Below are positions 40,375-49,752 of a stretch of 64,000 nt of DNA, one piece after another. The position numbers and the translations under genes were made by a program. The notes below the pieces were generated by a model. The model saw only the letters and a list, made by a program, of their open reading frames with translations, did no database searches and was not told the DNA's origin. The stretch lies in assembly GCA_964581475.1 (NCBI GenBank), contig CAZOOS010000001.1:3991-67990 (forward strand). The letters run 5' to 3'. Numbering within the stretch: position 1 is the stretch's first letter; every line of letters begins with the position of its first letter. The stretch comes from an uncultured Hyphomicrobium sp. GTDB taxonomy: Bacteria; Pseudomonadota; Alphaproteobacteria; Rhizobiales; Hyphomicrobiaceae.

Positions 40375-40524
40375 ATGGATCAGGTTTGCGACACCGCACC
40401 GGCGACCGAAAAAACGACACGGCAGACTACGACGCCCGTTCCCCAGAGGACCGATGAGGCTGCTGGCGAAATCACGGCGACCAGCAATATCGAAGAGCGC
40501 TTTGCGAACTGGGGCACCGATTAG
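40375..40524 (+). CDS. Small Thr-rich hydrophilic protein (49 aa)
   Basis: Strong CGGAGG RBS; MDQVCDTAPATEKTTRQTTT...EERFANWGTD. Confidence 0.5.
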   Translation: MDQVCDTAPATEKTTRQTTTPVPQRTDEAAGEITATSNIEERFANWGTD

Positions 40525-40744
40525 GCCTGCTTGGCTGTTGCGTTTGTGGCCAGCTCTTCGAGGAGGGCCAAGTTCTTCTAGGGGGCCTTGTCTAGCTTGG
40601 TCGGCCTTCGTTGAAAGGGTTGATCTGGCTCAGCGCCACTGACGGATGTTCTTCCGAGACCGGGCCTGTCTCCGTGCATTTGACGATTGCAGGGAAACCG
40701 TTTCGTGGGATGATGTGCGGCCGCACCGGGGGCCGGCCTCTCCC

Positions 40745-41002
40745 ATGTCCGACCGAAGCAATTTCAGCCACTACAAACTTGCGGCACTCTTCGGCATTGC
40801 AGGGTTTGCACTTGGCTGGCTAACGAGGCCGATCGTCGAGGCAAGAGCCACCGCATTGGAATGGCGCGAACTGGTCGCCCATGTCTCTGGCGATCTGGAT
40901 CCGCTTCTTAGGGCCACCGCCACGCAGACGCTGGTGCACATCGCCATGTTTGGCTTTGCGTGTGCCCTCTTGGGTTACGTCGTTGCCCGCATGAAGCAAT
41001 AG
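40745..41002 (+). CDS. Small two-TM membrane protein
   Basis: Two hydrophobic helices (LAALFGIAGFALGWL; IAMFGFACALLGYVV). Confidence 0.55.
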   Translation: MSDRSNFSHYKLAALFGIAGFALGWLTRPIVEARATALEWRELVAHVSGDLDPLLRATATQTLVHIAMFGFACALLGYVVARMKQ

Positions 41003-41195
41003 CTTACACCCACCTTGATGAAGGCCTGGGCCCGCTGATCGGGGGAGACACTGACGGCGCGCGGCACTGCGGTGCACAACACCTATTTAGAGAACAATCT
41101 CTTAAGTTTGCACACTGAATGATCTTCTCACTTGAGCTCAATTCGGCGTAAGCTGTACGAGGGTAGGGCACTGCCTATTCCCCTCGGTGACGACC

Positions 41196-41432
41196 ATGGA
41201 GTTTCCAGCCGCATCCTATGACCCGGAACTACTGAGCTTAATGTCTCGCGCCTATGACGACGCGTGCTCCGACGACGCCGTAAAGAACTCTGCCGCACCG
41301 CCTGATGCTGCACGCACGATGATGGCGCTGCGAATCATGACGGCGGTAGCCGCGGGCGAGCGCAGTACCGACCGGCTCAGACTTCTCGCGCTTCAGTCAA
41401 TCGACGGCCGCAAGATTGGTCATGCCGCTTAG
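41196..41432 (+). CDS. Small conserved-type Hyphomicrobiales hypothetical protein
   Basis: YDPELLSLMSRAYDDA...MALRIM..VAAGER..DRL pattern, recalled as a common rhizobial small-protein family. Confidence 0.65.
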   Translation: MEFPAASYDPELLSLMSRAYDDACSDDAVKNSAAPPDAARTMMALRIMTAVAAGERSTDRLRLLALQSIDGRKIGHAA

Positions 41433-41571
41433 TCGAAGGCTGCCTCTGTAGGCGGTGAGCAGCCCCGATGCCCCTCGCCCCGGTGCCACGCAATCGTCAC
41501 GTCCTGGCCCTGTTATCGGCTTCACTTTGCGCTTTGTTTACATGAGGCGGGACGCTGCATCGGGGGATGCC

Positions 41572-41772
41572 ATGCTGTTCGACGCCATCGCATTCATCTT
41601 GCTTTGCGGGATGATGCTGGTTCCGCTCATCAACGTGGTCGTGGGGCTCATCTTCGGAGCTTGCTTTGGTGGGCCGCTTGGCGCGCTAACTGGCCTGGCG
41701 CTTGCCGTTTTCATCAGCGCCATTGAGCACCGGCGCTCCGGCGTGCAGGCGCCCGATACTGCCAGCCCATAG
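41572..41772 (+). CDS. Small membrane protein
   Basis: GGGGGA RBS; 66 aa, mostly hydrophobic. Confidence 0.5.
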   Translation: MLFDAIAFILLCGMMLVPLINVVVGLIFGACFGGPLGALTGLALAVFISAIEHRRSGVQAPDTASP

Positions 41773-42019
41773 GCGAAAGCTGGTGAGAAGGGCATCCTGG
41801 CGGAAGCGGTGGCGGTCGAACGGGCCCGCAAATACAAAGCGCAGCCAAGCTGTTGGATTGCCGCGGGATCGAGGCGTCCCCGTTTCCGTCCCTCTATCAG
41901 AACGCGGTCTACGCACGCACGCGACTTGCGCTCTTGCCTCGTTAGCGGACATTCTGAGTGCAGGTCTGGATGTCAGCTTTGGGTCGGGAGCTGACGTGCG
42001 CTGTTCATCGGCAACATGA

Positions 42020-42051
42020 AAGGGCCGCAGGTGGAGGCACCTGCGGCCCTT
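42020..42051 (-). terminator. Intrinsic terminator of the 40-aa peptide gene
   Basis: Perfect 14-bp stem AAGGGCCGCAGGTG/CACCTGCGGCCCTT with a 4-nt loop, about 25 nt after the stop. Confidence 0.75.
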
Positions 42052-42074
42052 CATAACGCATCATCTACAGCGAA

Positions 42075-42197
42075 TTAGCGGCCGCCGTAGGTGTTGCCGC
42101 CGAAGGTGCCGTGCACCGACAGCGAGCTGTCGGCATAGGCGGGCGCGGCTGCAATCGCGGAGATGCTGAGCAGGGCGGCGAGGATCAAGGTCTTCAT
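42075..42197 (-). CDS. Tiny secreted peptide (40 aa): MKTLILAALLSISAIAAAPAYA-DSSLSVHGTFGGNTYGGR
   Basis: TAGGAG RBS, Sec signal with AYA cleavage site, own terminator and operator. Below the ORF-track cutoff. Confidence 0.8.
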   Translation of the reverse strand: MKTLILAALLSISAIAAAPAYADSSLSVHGTFGGNTYGGR

Positions 42198-42295
42198 CTG
42201 AGTTCTCCTAGGGGTTGCGGTTTCAAGACAAGTTGCGGACTGGCTGACAGCGCCAGCGCTTCCGTGGACGGTTATGCCAATCCGCCGTCTCGATC

Positions 42296-42414
42296 TGAAA
42301 TGCCGAGTTCCTTCGGAATCGATGCTCGGGGGCTATGAAACGCTTTGCGGCCGTTGGCGAATTCGGCCGGGTAATAGCCAACGGCTATCGAGACGGGAGT
42401 CGATCCGCATTTCT
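42296..42414. promoter_or_regulatory. Divergent LysR operators (peptide gene / DM13 gene)
   Basis: TGAAATGCCG...ATGCTCGGGGGCTAT (42322-42336) and ATAGCCAACGGCTAT (42374-42388)...CCGCATTTCT. Confidence 0.7.
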
Positions 42415-42501
42415 GGCGAGGAGGAGATCTCGCTATACTCGGAACCTGAGGGCGCCACTAGCTGTCGCTGCCTGCCGCACTCCGATTAAAGAGGACGCTC
42501 C

Positions 42502-42972
42502 ATGCTCCGCTTGCTTCTCCTGCTCGCTACGCACGGCGCCATGCTGGGCCTCGGGTTCCTGCTTGGTATCTATTTGCTGCCGATCCTCACTGCGCCCGCA
42601 GGGCCCGACCAGGCCGTGCTGCAGGCGACAGAGGCCACCGCCCTCTTCAAGGGTCGCTTTGAACGCAATCTCAAGGGCAGCGACTTCGTGCATTGGGGCG
42701 AAGGAGAGCTGCGCGTGTCGCCCGACACGATCGCCCACCAGGGGCGCCTCGCGCCGGGCCCCGACTACAAGCTCTACCTTGCGTCGGAGTTCGTCGACAC
42801 CAAGGAAGCCTTTTTGAAGATCAAGGGGCAGTCCAAGCGCATCGGCGACGTGAAGACGTTCGATGGTTTCCTGCTCGATGTGCCCCCCGGCGTCGACGTC
42901 GCCGCCTACACGACGGCGGTCGTATGGTGCGAGGCATTCAGCCAATTCATCAGCGCCGCGAAGTATCGCTGA
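42502..42972 (+). CDS. DM13 domain membrane-anchored protein
   Basis: N-terminal TM; HWGEG, APGPDYKLYL, VVWCEAFSQFISAA. Confidence 0.85.
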   Translation: MLRLLLLLATHGAMLGLGFLLGIYLLPILTAPAGPDQAVLQATEATALFKGRFERNLKGSDFVHWGEGELRVSPDTIAHQGRLAPGPDYKLYLASEFVDTKEAFLKIKGQSKRIGDVKTFDGFLLDVPPGVDVAAYTTAVVWCEAFSQFISAAKYR

Positions 42973-43009
42973 CACATGCGCGCAGTTGATGCTGCGGCCG
43001 TTGCGGAGA

Positions 43010-43771
43010 TCAACCGCCGTAGCGCTCGGTTCGGACGATGCCGACCGGGACGCCGGCGTCGACCGCACCATCGGCAGCGGCATTCACGAAGGCGTTCGAG
43101 CCGCAGATGAAGACGTGCCGCGGCGCCTCCGGCAACCGCGCGAGCACCTTGCGCATCATCGCGCCGTCGACGCGGCGGCTGTAATCGCCGTCGCGCATCG
43201 AAGCCCCGCGCGTCAGTGCAAAGACAACGGAAAATCCGTTGTGCTGGTGGTCAAGTTCCATGAGCTCGTCGCGGTAAAGGATATCGTCCCAACTGCGTGC
43301 CGATAGCAGCAACATTGCCGGCACGTCGGATTTCGACGCGCGGCGATCGCGAACCATCGACATCAGCGGCACGAGTCCGGAGCCACCGCCCACCAGCAGG
43401 AGCGGGCCACCGTCGCTTGGGGTCCATACGAAATAGCCGCCCAGCGGACCGCGCAGCTCGATCTCGTCGCCGACCGCGACCACCTCGTGAAAGAACGGCG
43501 AGACCTCGCCGTTGTCCAACAGGTCGATGGCAAGCTCGATGGTGCCGCTTTCTCCGGGCGCCGATGCGAGCGAATAACTCCGCATCGCCCGATATCCGTC
43601 GGGTGCCGTCAGGCGGAGATCGACGTGCTGGCCGGCTAGAAAGTCGAACGGCTTGGACAACGCGAGAATAAAGCTCTTGATGCGTGGCGTGCGCTGGATG
43701 ATCTCCACGACTTTGGCATTTTGCCACTTGGTATCAGGGGGAGCGCCCGATCCCTCGTTAGTCGTTTTCAT
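43010..43771 (-). CDS. FAD/NAD(P)-binding ferredoxin-reductase-like oxidoreductase
   Basis: AGQHV, RSYSLAS, GEVS, RGPLG, GGGSGLVP, FICGS. Confidence 0.9.
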   Translation of the reverse strand: MKTTNEGSGAPPDTKWQNAKVVEIIQRTPRIKSFILALSKPFDFLAGQHVDLRLTAPDGYRAMRSYSLASAPGESGTIELAIDLLDNGEVSPFFHEVVAVGDEIELRGPLGGYFVWTPSDGGPLLLVGGGSGLVPLMSMVRDRRASKSDVPAMLLLSARSWDDILYRDELMELDHQHNGFSVVFALTRGASMRDGDYSRRVDGAMMRKVLARLPEAPRHVFICGSNAFVNAAADGAVDAGVPVGIVRTERYGG

Positions 43772-44363
43772 ACCGCTGCTCGCGCCATGGATCTCCATAC
43801 ATGTGATAACCGCGCAGTTCCCAGAATCCCGCTTCATCCCGTTCGGTGAATTGCAGGCCATTTACCCATTTGGCGGACTTCCAGAAATATAGATGCGGCA
43901 CGAGCAGCCGCGCGGGCCCGCCATGATCGGGCTCCAGCAGCTCGTTGTTGTAGCGCAGGGCGACCATCGCCCGGCCGGCGACGAGATCCTCAGTCGGGAC
44001 GTTGGTCGAATATCCGTCGACCGAGTGAGCAAGTGTGAAGGCCGTCGGCGGAGTCAGTCCGGCCGCGGTCAGAATGTCGTCGATGAGGACGCCTTCCCAA
44101 AGCGTGTTCAGTTTCGACCAAGTCGTCACACAGTGAATGTCGCGCGTGAACTTGGTTTGCGGCAGTGCGTTGAACTCAGCCCAGCTCCATTTCTTCACCG
44201 GCCTTAGGCCGACCTTCAGAGTGAAGGTCCAATTTTCAAGGGCGACCCTCGGCGTCGGACCGGCCGATAGAACGGGGAAGTCGTCGACGAGATGTTGTCC
44301 CGGCGGAATGCGCCCTTCCCCTTCAGGAGGGCGACCGCGACCGGTGAAACCACGCGTCACCAT
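43758..44363 (-). CDS. Sulfite-oxidase-like molybdopterin oxidoreductase (YuiH-like, no export signal)
   Basis: PPGQ, DIHCVTTWSK, HGGPARL, YFWKSAKW, GFWE.RGYH..GDPW. Confidence 0.9.
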   Translation of the reverse strand: MVTRGFTGRGRPPEGEGRIPPGQHLVDDFPVLSAGPTPRVALENWTFTLKVGLRPVKKWSWAEFNALPQTKFTRDIHCVTTWSKLNTLWEGVLIDDILTAAGLTPPTAFTLAHSVDGYSTNVPTEDLVAGRAMVALRYNNELLEPDHGGPARLLVPHLYFWKSAKWVNGLQFTERDEAGFWELRGYHMYGDPWREQRYEND

Positions 44364-44429
44364 GACTTTGCCCCGGCGATTCTGAATCCGTCAGATAGCG
44401 GCGAGAACGTTACTAAATTTCTCACGTGG

Positions 44430-45683
44430 CTAAACGGGTGCACTTGCTGTGCCTTGCAGGCGTGCCGCGGCCGCATTGAGGTCGAGACAAGTCTGCGCCT
44501 CGACCATCACGGGGCCGGCCTGAGGATCCATCCGCTCCTCCTCGAAAAGCTCGTGCAGGTGGATGCCCTCGATCGGATCGAAGTTGCCTTTCCACGGTGC
44601 TCCGTCGATGGTGCGCAACGTCTTTTCGTAGCCCGCTTGCCAGCGCTTACGGATGCCGGACGGACTGAAGTCAACGTCCTTGGTGTGATCCTCATCGCCG
44701 TGTCCGGGCCATAACAGCCGGACGACGTGCATGCGGGTGAGGCATCCGTAAGCGGTCAGCGCGCGCACCGCCTCGCTGCGGCGGACATCGTCCGGCAGCA
44801 ACCCCGCCAGCTCGCGAATGATGTGGCGGAGACGATGGATCTGCGCCTGGCGCGCGATGTGCGTGGCAACACGGCTCGAGTACTGGATGTCCTTCTGCCG
44901 GTGCAGCACCTCCCAGATGGTTTCCGGTTCCGGGCCTTGCGGGTTCCACATGTGCACGGCGAAGACGAGCGAGTTGACGCGCGGGTTCTCGTCGAAGATC
45001 GCCTCGGCCGGCGTGTTGGAGAGGATGCCCCCGTCCCAGTAGAGTTCGCCATCGATGCGCACGGGGGGAAAAGCGGGCGGCAGCGCTCCGGACGCCAGAA
45101 TGTGCTTGACGCTAAGCTCTTCGTTACGGCTGTCGAAGTAGCGCATGCGGCTGGTGCGCACGTGCGCGGCACCCACGGTCAGGCGCGGCTTGTTGCGAGC
45201 AATGAGCGAGAAATCGACGAGCTCGCCGAGCGTCTGCTCCAGCGGTGCCGTCGAATAGAAGCCGGCGTTATCGGCGCCGAGCCGAACGTGCGGGCCGAGG
45301 AAAGCCAGCGGATTGGGAACGAAGAACCCGGGCAGCCCGGCGGTGACTGTCGTCAGGTATGACGCTGACTGTACGAAGCGGGGCCACGCCGACCACTCGT
45401 GCCAGATCGACTTGTGTGCCATGCGGCGCCAGAACTCACGCAACGCCGGGATGCGGTTCTCGCGTTCGTTGCCGGCGATGAGGACGGCGTTGATCGCGCC
45501 GATCGACGTGCCGATTATCCAGTCGGGCTCGATGCCGGCCTCGTGCAGCGCTTGATAGACTCCGGCTTGGTAGGCGCCAAGCGCGCCGCCGCCCTGCAGC
45601 ACCAAGGCGATGCGTCCGTGGCCGTCCGTGGCGTGCGGCGGCTCGCTGCCGTTGGCGCCGTTGAGGTTCGCTGTGGGACCCAT
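44430..45683 (-). CDS. Patatin-like phospholipase (DUF3734 type)
   Basis: LQGGGALGAYQ, GTSIG, WDGG, KDIQYSSR, KDVDFS. GGAGG RBS. Confidence 0.92.
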   Translation of the reverse strand: MGPTANLNGANGSEPPHATDGHGRIALVLQGGGALGAYQAGVYQALHEAGIEPDWIIGTSIGAINAVLIAGNERENRIPALREFWRRMAHKSIWHEWSAWPRFVQSASYLTTVTAGLPGFFVPNPLAFLGPHVRLGADNAGFYSTAPLEQTLGELVDFSLIARNKPRLTVGAAHVRTSRMRYFDSRNEELSVKHILASGALPPAFPPVRIDGELYWDGGILSNTPAEAIFDENPRVNSLVFAVHMWNPQGPEPETIWEVLHRQKDIQYSSRVATHIARQAQIHRLRHIIRELAGLLPDDVRRSEAVRALTAYGCLTRMHVVRLLWPGHGDEDHTKDVDFSPSGIRKRWQAGYEKTLRTIDGAPWKGNFDPIEGIHLHELFEEERMDPQAGPVMVEAQTCLDLNAAAARLQGTASAPV

Positions 45684-45715
45684 GACATCCTCCGGTATGG
45701 TTGCTCGGCACAAAC

Positions 45716-46216
45716 TCAGGGCTGCTTCGAGGCGACGCTGGAGGTGATGGAAGCAATGACCTCCGACGCCATCGTGAATTGCGCATTGCGGTCGGTGATG
45801 TTGTGCCGGCGGGCGATCCAGCCAAAGTCGGTGTAGACGGCCCACACCTCACCCTTGTCGTCCTGGTTCACGAGCAGCCGCACAGGCCAATCGAGGCCGG
45901 AGTCCGGGTTGGAGGTGAGGAACTGAATACCGAGCGGCGGATTGCCGAAGATCAACAGCTTCGACGGCTTGAGCTTCAACCCGGCGTCGGCGCCGAGCTG
46001 CGCCTGATCGACGACCATAAAGAACTTGATGCCCTTGTCTTCGATGTCAGCGCGCAGGCGGCTGACGGTTTCGTCGACGCCATAGCCGCTCTTGACGCGA
46101 ACGATCCCGTTGTTGCTCTCGGCAGCCGTGGCCGTATCGATGGGAAGCGCGCGCAGTGCAAGCGCAGCTACAACGGCGATGATCCAGATGGTCACGACTT
46201 GGGCGCGGACGGACAT
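45716..46216 (-). CDS. Secreted DUF302 domain protein
   Basis: Signal peptide; LLIFGNP, GLDWPVRLLV. Confidence 0.85.
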   Translation of the reverse strand: MSVRAQVVTIWIIAVVAALALRALPIDTATAAESNNGIVRVKSGYGVDETVSRLRADIEDKGIKFFMVVDQAQLGADAGLKLKPSKLLIFGNPPLGIQFLTSNPDSGLDWPVRLLVNQDDKGEVWAVYTDFGWIARRHNITDRNAQFTMASEVIASITSSVASKQP

Positions 46217-46282
46217 GGCGAGTCTCCTCGATGGCTGGGCGTGCGAAAACCTGGGCCCAGCATGAGGAAGCCAACGTCATTG

Positions 46283-46381
46283 CTGAAATAGCGATTGGCT
46301 CAGATGTTCATAGACGCCGACTATCGGCCGATAGCGTTTCATGCCCTGCGGCTATCGAAACCAAACCCAATCGATATTTCA
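46283..46381. promoter_or_regulatory. Divergent LysR operators (DUF302 gene / small secreted protein)
   Basis: TGAAATAGCG...ATAGACGCCGACTAT and ATGCCCTGCGGCTAT...CGATATTTCA, each with 22-bp half-site spacing. Confidence 0.7.
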
Positions 46382-46460
46382 GCCCCCGCCGGCGGGTCCG
46401 TAGGTTGCTCGCCAGCCGCCCACCAACAGGAGCGGTTCCTCAAATCAAAGGAGATCTACA

Positions 46461-46724
46461 ATGACCAAGTTGTTTGCTGCGCTCGCCGTTGCTCTGATCG
46501 CCGTTACGGCGCCTGCCTTCGCCAAGACCGATTGTGACGACGGCTTCAAGAACCACATGGGCAAGATGTCGATCTATGTGAACAAGATGAGCGGCTACGA
46601 ACTGGCTGACGCCGTTCGCAAGTCCCTCGACGCCTACAATTCCTGCAAGGCCGGCGACAGCTTCTCGCCGCACGGCGTTTGGGATCAGATCCTCGCCGAC
46701 ATGGAAGCCAAGTCCCACAACTGA
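46461..46724 (+). CDS. Small secreted protein (87 aa, two Cys, DSFSPHGVWD motif)
   Basis: AAGGAG RBS, signal peptide ending AFA, followed by a terminator. Confidence 0.85.
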   Translation: MTKLFAALAVALIAVTAPAFAKTDCDDGFKNHMGKMSIYVNKMSGYELADAVRKSLDAYNSCKAGDSFSPHGVWDQILADMEAKSHN

Positions 46725-46743
46725 AACGGTCGACTTCCAATCA

Positions 46744-46778
46744 AGGGGGTCTCGGGGTGATCCCGGGGCCCTTTTTCA
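46744..46778 (+). terminator. Intrinsic terminator
   Basis: GGGGTCTCGGG/CCCGGGGCCC stem followed by TTTTT. Confidence 0.65.
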
Positions 46779-46800
46779 TTCCGACAATTGCGAGGATGCC

Positions 46801-48432
46801 ATGCCGGTTGTGCAACATGCGCGCGCGCTGCGCGCCACCCTTTTTGCTGCAGCTCTCATCGGCGTGCCGCTGGCGTTTGCAGTCGATGGCATGCAGTCCG
46901 AAGCTGCGCGTGGTGTCATCCTTTCCCATCTGCCATCGCCCGGAAGCGCTAGCTATCTGAGTCTCAAGCGGACGGCGGGTGATCCGTCAGGCGAGCCGCT
47001 GGAAATGACCAGCGCCGAGATGTGGTCAGTGCCTCTGGGTCGGCTCGACGCGTTCAAGCGAGCGGCTGCCGAGCTCGGCGTTGCCGTCATGGAACTCGAC
47101 GACACGTCGAACCGCGCCTTGCTGCCGATGGACCCGGCAGTACCCATGACGCCGAAGCAGAGCGCCATGATGCACGACGCCATGGGTTCGAAAGCGGCGA
47201 TGGGAATGTCAGCGATGACGCTGCCCGATCCCAAGGTGATGGAGTACGAGCTGACCAAGGGCATGCATGCCCCCGACGGCGTTCAGCCCGGTTCCGATCT
47301 GATGCTGTCCCTCGACGCCGCCACGACCATCAAAGTGCGCCGCTCGCGTGTCGAGAAGACCCCCGAAGGGTACGTATGGCACGGCACCGTCGTTGGTAGC
47401 GACGATCAGGTTACGCTGCTGTGGTGGCCCAGTGGCCGGCTGTCCGGCCAGATCACCTATCGCGGGCGCCATTTCCTGGTGAAGAACCTCGGCGGCACGC
47501 TGCACGGTGTCGTCGAGATGTCACCGCGCAAGCTGCCTCCCGAGCATGCACCCATGGACAAGTCGCTGTTCGACAAGATGCAAATGCGCAAGGATCCGCT
47601 GGTCACCAAAGGCGATGCCAGCATGCTGCGCCAGCCACCTGCCGGGGCGGTCGAACGTCCGCGCGAGCCGATCCGCAACTTACAGGACGCGGCCCCGAAG
47701 GCGCAGGCAAAGGAGGGTGCGGAAATTGCCCTCGTTGTCCCGCCGGCGTTGAGCGGGCAATCCCCGCGCGAGCCCGTGACCATCGATCTGCTCGTCGCTT
47801 ACACGCCACAGGCCGCAGCGCACTACACCGACATCAAGCGCGACCTCATCGAGGTCGCCGTCGAGGAAGCCAACCAGTCGTTCCGCAACAGCGGCGTCAA
47901 CGACGTGCAGCTGCATGTCGTCCACGCCTATCAGACGGACTACGCGGAATCCGGCTCGCACTTCGAGCACGTGTTCCGTTTCGCCGACAAGGGCGATGGC
48001 TATATGGAGGAGGTGCACGCCCTGCGCGATCAGCACAAAGCCGATATTGCCGCGCTGATCGTGCACGATCCCAACGGTTGCGGCCTCTCGGCCGCCGTGG
48101 CGCCGCCGGCCGATCGCGCCTTCACGGTCGTGCATCACGAGTGCGCGGCGCTCAGCTATTCACTGGCCCACGAGATCGGACACATCATCGGCGCCCGCCA
48201 CGATCTGGCGCTCGACGACGACCAGAAGCCGTATCCGTACGGACATGGGTTCGTCTCCGGCAAGGACTGGCGCACCATGATGAGCTACGAGGAGAGCTGC
48301 GACGGCTGCATGCGCCTGCCGATTTGGTCCAGCCCGTTGATCAAAGTGCGCGGCGTTGCGGCGGGCGATGCGACGGCCGACAACGCGCGCGTCATCGCGG
48401 AGGGCGCGGCGCGGGTCGCCGGCTTCCGGTGA
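46801..48432 (+). CDS. Secreted metzincin zinc metalloprotease (M12/reprolysin-like)
   Basis: Signal-like N-terminus; IDLLVAYT, HEIGHIIGARHD zinc motif, TMMSY Met-turn. Confidence 0.9.
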   Translation: MPVVQHARALRATLFAAALIGVPLAFAVDGMQSEAARGVILSHLPSPGSASYLSLKRTAGDPSGEPLEMTSAEMWSVPLGRLDAFKRAAAELGVAVMELDDTSNRALLPMDPAVPMTPKQSAMMHDAMGSKAAMGMSAMTLPDPKVMEYELTKGMHAPDGVQPGSDLMLSLDAATTIKVRRSRVEKTPEGYVWHGTVVGSDDQVTLLWWPSGRLSGQITYRGRHFLVKNLGGTLHGVVEMSPRKLPPEHAPMDKSLFDKMQMRKDPLVTKGDASMLRQPPAGAVERPREPIRNLQDAAPKAQAKEGAEIALVVPPALSGQSPREPVTIDLLVAYTPQAAAHYTDIKRDLIEVAVEEANQSFRNSGVNDVQLHVVHAYQTDYAESGSHFEHVFRFADKGDGYMEEVHALRDQHKADIAALIVHDPNGCGLSAAVAPPADRAFTVVHHECAALSYSLAHEIGHIIGARHDLALDDDQKPYPYGHGFVSGKDWRTMMSYEESCDGCMRLPIWSSPLIKVRGVAAGDATADNARVIAEGAARVAGFR

Positions 48433-48441
48433 GGCGGTCGG

Positions 48442-49665
48442 CTAGGTGGCAACCTCGCGCAGACGGAAACTGAGGATCGCGGCGACGCCCAGGGCGACTC
48501 CAATGCCGGCGACGGTTGCCGGCCAGCCCAGCCGGTCGAAGACTTGCCCGAGCACCGCCGTGCCGACCAGGCCGCCGATGAAGTAGCTGGCGAGATACAT
48601 TCCGCTGGCGGCGCTGCGGTCGCGCTGCGCCGCGTGACTGACGAAGCCCGTAGCCAGCGCCTGCGCGAAGAACGTCCCCACGGCCACAAGCACCATGCCC
48701 GATAGCACCAGCGACAGCCGCGGCGATAGCAACAGCGGCAACCCCAGGGCAGCCGCAGCCAGGCCGCCGAGCAGCGCGTTGCGGGTCCCGAAGCTGCCTG
48801 CCACCGCGCCGGCGAGCGGGGTCGTCAGGATCGACGGCAGGAACACGAAGTAAATGATGCCGAGTTCCATCATGCCGACCGACAGCGGCGGCGCGACAAG
48901 AACGAAGTTGACGAACGTGAAGGTGCCGATGAAGGCGAACAGGATGCAGAAGCCGATACCGAAACCGGCGCGCAGCGAAGGATGCCTCAGGTGCGCGAGC
49001 CAACCCTGCATCGCGTCTTCCACCGGCATTCCGCTCGGCGTGGGAGGCCGTTGTACCGGAATTGCCATGTAGGCAAGGCCCGCACCGGCGAGATTGAGCG
49101 CGGCAAACGTATAGAACGCACCGGCAAGCCCGAAGTGGTCCGTGACGCCGGTGGCGATCAACCGGCCAATGAGGTTGCTCGCCACGTTGCCGGTGATATA
49201 CGCGGCAAACGCGCTGGCGGTTTGCTTGGCGCTGTAGTGCTCGCCGAGATGGGCGAGCGTCAAACTGAAGGCCGTCGCCATGCACAGCCCCTGGACGACC
49301 CGCAGTGTCGCGAAAACAGCGAGGTTTGGTGCCAGCGCCAGCAGGGCTGTCGGGATCGTGAGCAAGGCGAGGCTCAGCACGATTCCGGCGCGACGATCGA
49401 TGTGTCGGCTGAAGAGCGCGACCGAGAGCCCGGCGGCGGCCATGCCGAATGTGCAGGCATTGACGGCAAGCCCCATTGCCGCCGGCGACACGCCATAACG
49501 CGCAACGAGCGTCGGCAGGAGCGCCTGCGCGGCGAATAGATCGACGACCGTCAGGAAGGCCATCGTCGCAATCACGACAAAACGCACCGTGCCGTCGATG
49601 ACGCGTTGCTGTTTGCCCTCGTCTACGGCGACCGGGCTGGCAATCGAGGTCATGTTCCCACTCAT
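48442..49665 (-). CDS. MFS transporter (YnfM-like)
   Basis: About 12 TM segments; QALLP, LRVVQGL, YITGN..GR, ASGMYLASY. Confidence 0.9.
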   Translation of the reverse strand: MSGNMTSIASPVAVDEGKQQRVIDGTVRFVVIATMAFLTVVDLFAAQALLPTLVARYGVSPAAMGLAVNACTFGMAAAGLSVALFSRHIDRRAGIVLSLALLTIPTALLALAPNLAVFATLRVVQGLCMATAFSLTLAHLGEHYSAKQTASAFAAYITGNVASNLIGRLIATGVTDHFGLAGAFYTFAALNLAGAGLAYMAIPVQRPPTPSGMPVEDAMQGWLAHLRHPSLRAGFGIGFCILFAFIGTFTFVNFVLVAPPLSVGMMELGIIYFVFLPSILTTPLAGAVAGSFGTRNALLGGLAAAALGLPLLLSPRLSLVLSGMVLVAVGTFFAQALATGFVSHAAQRDRSAASGMYLASYFIGGLVGTAVLGQVFDRLGWPATVAGIGVALGVAAILSFRLREVAT

Positions 49666-49752
49666 GCGCTGATGCCGCTGCGAGGCGAGACGCACTTCCA
49701 CTACCGAGGGGTGGCGGCAAGGAAGCGACGTCCCGCTCCGCGGGCGGCCGGC

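Noticed and set aside
40088-40642. 184-aa plus-strand ORF
   Set aside because: Pro/Arg-rich with no RBS; overlaps the hairpin RNA and a better-supported small ORF.
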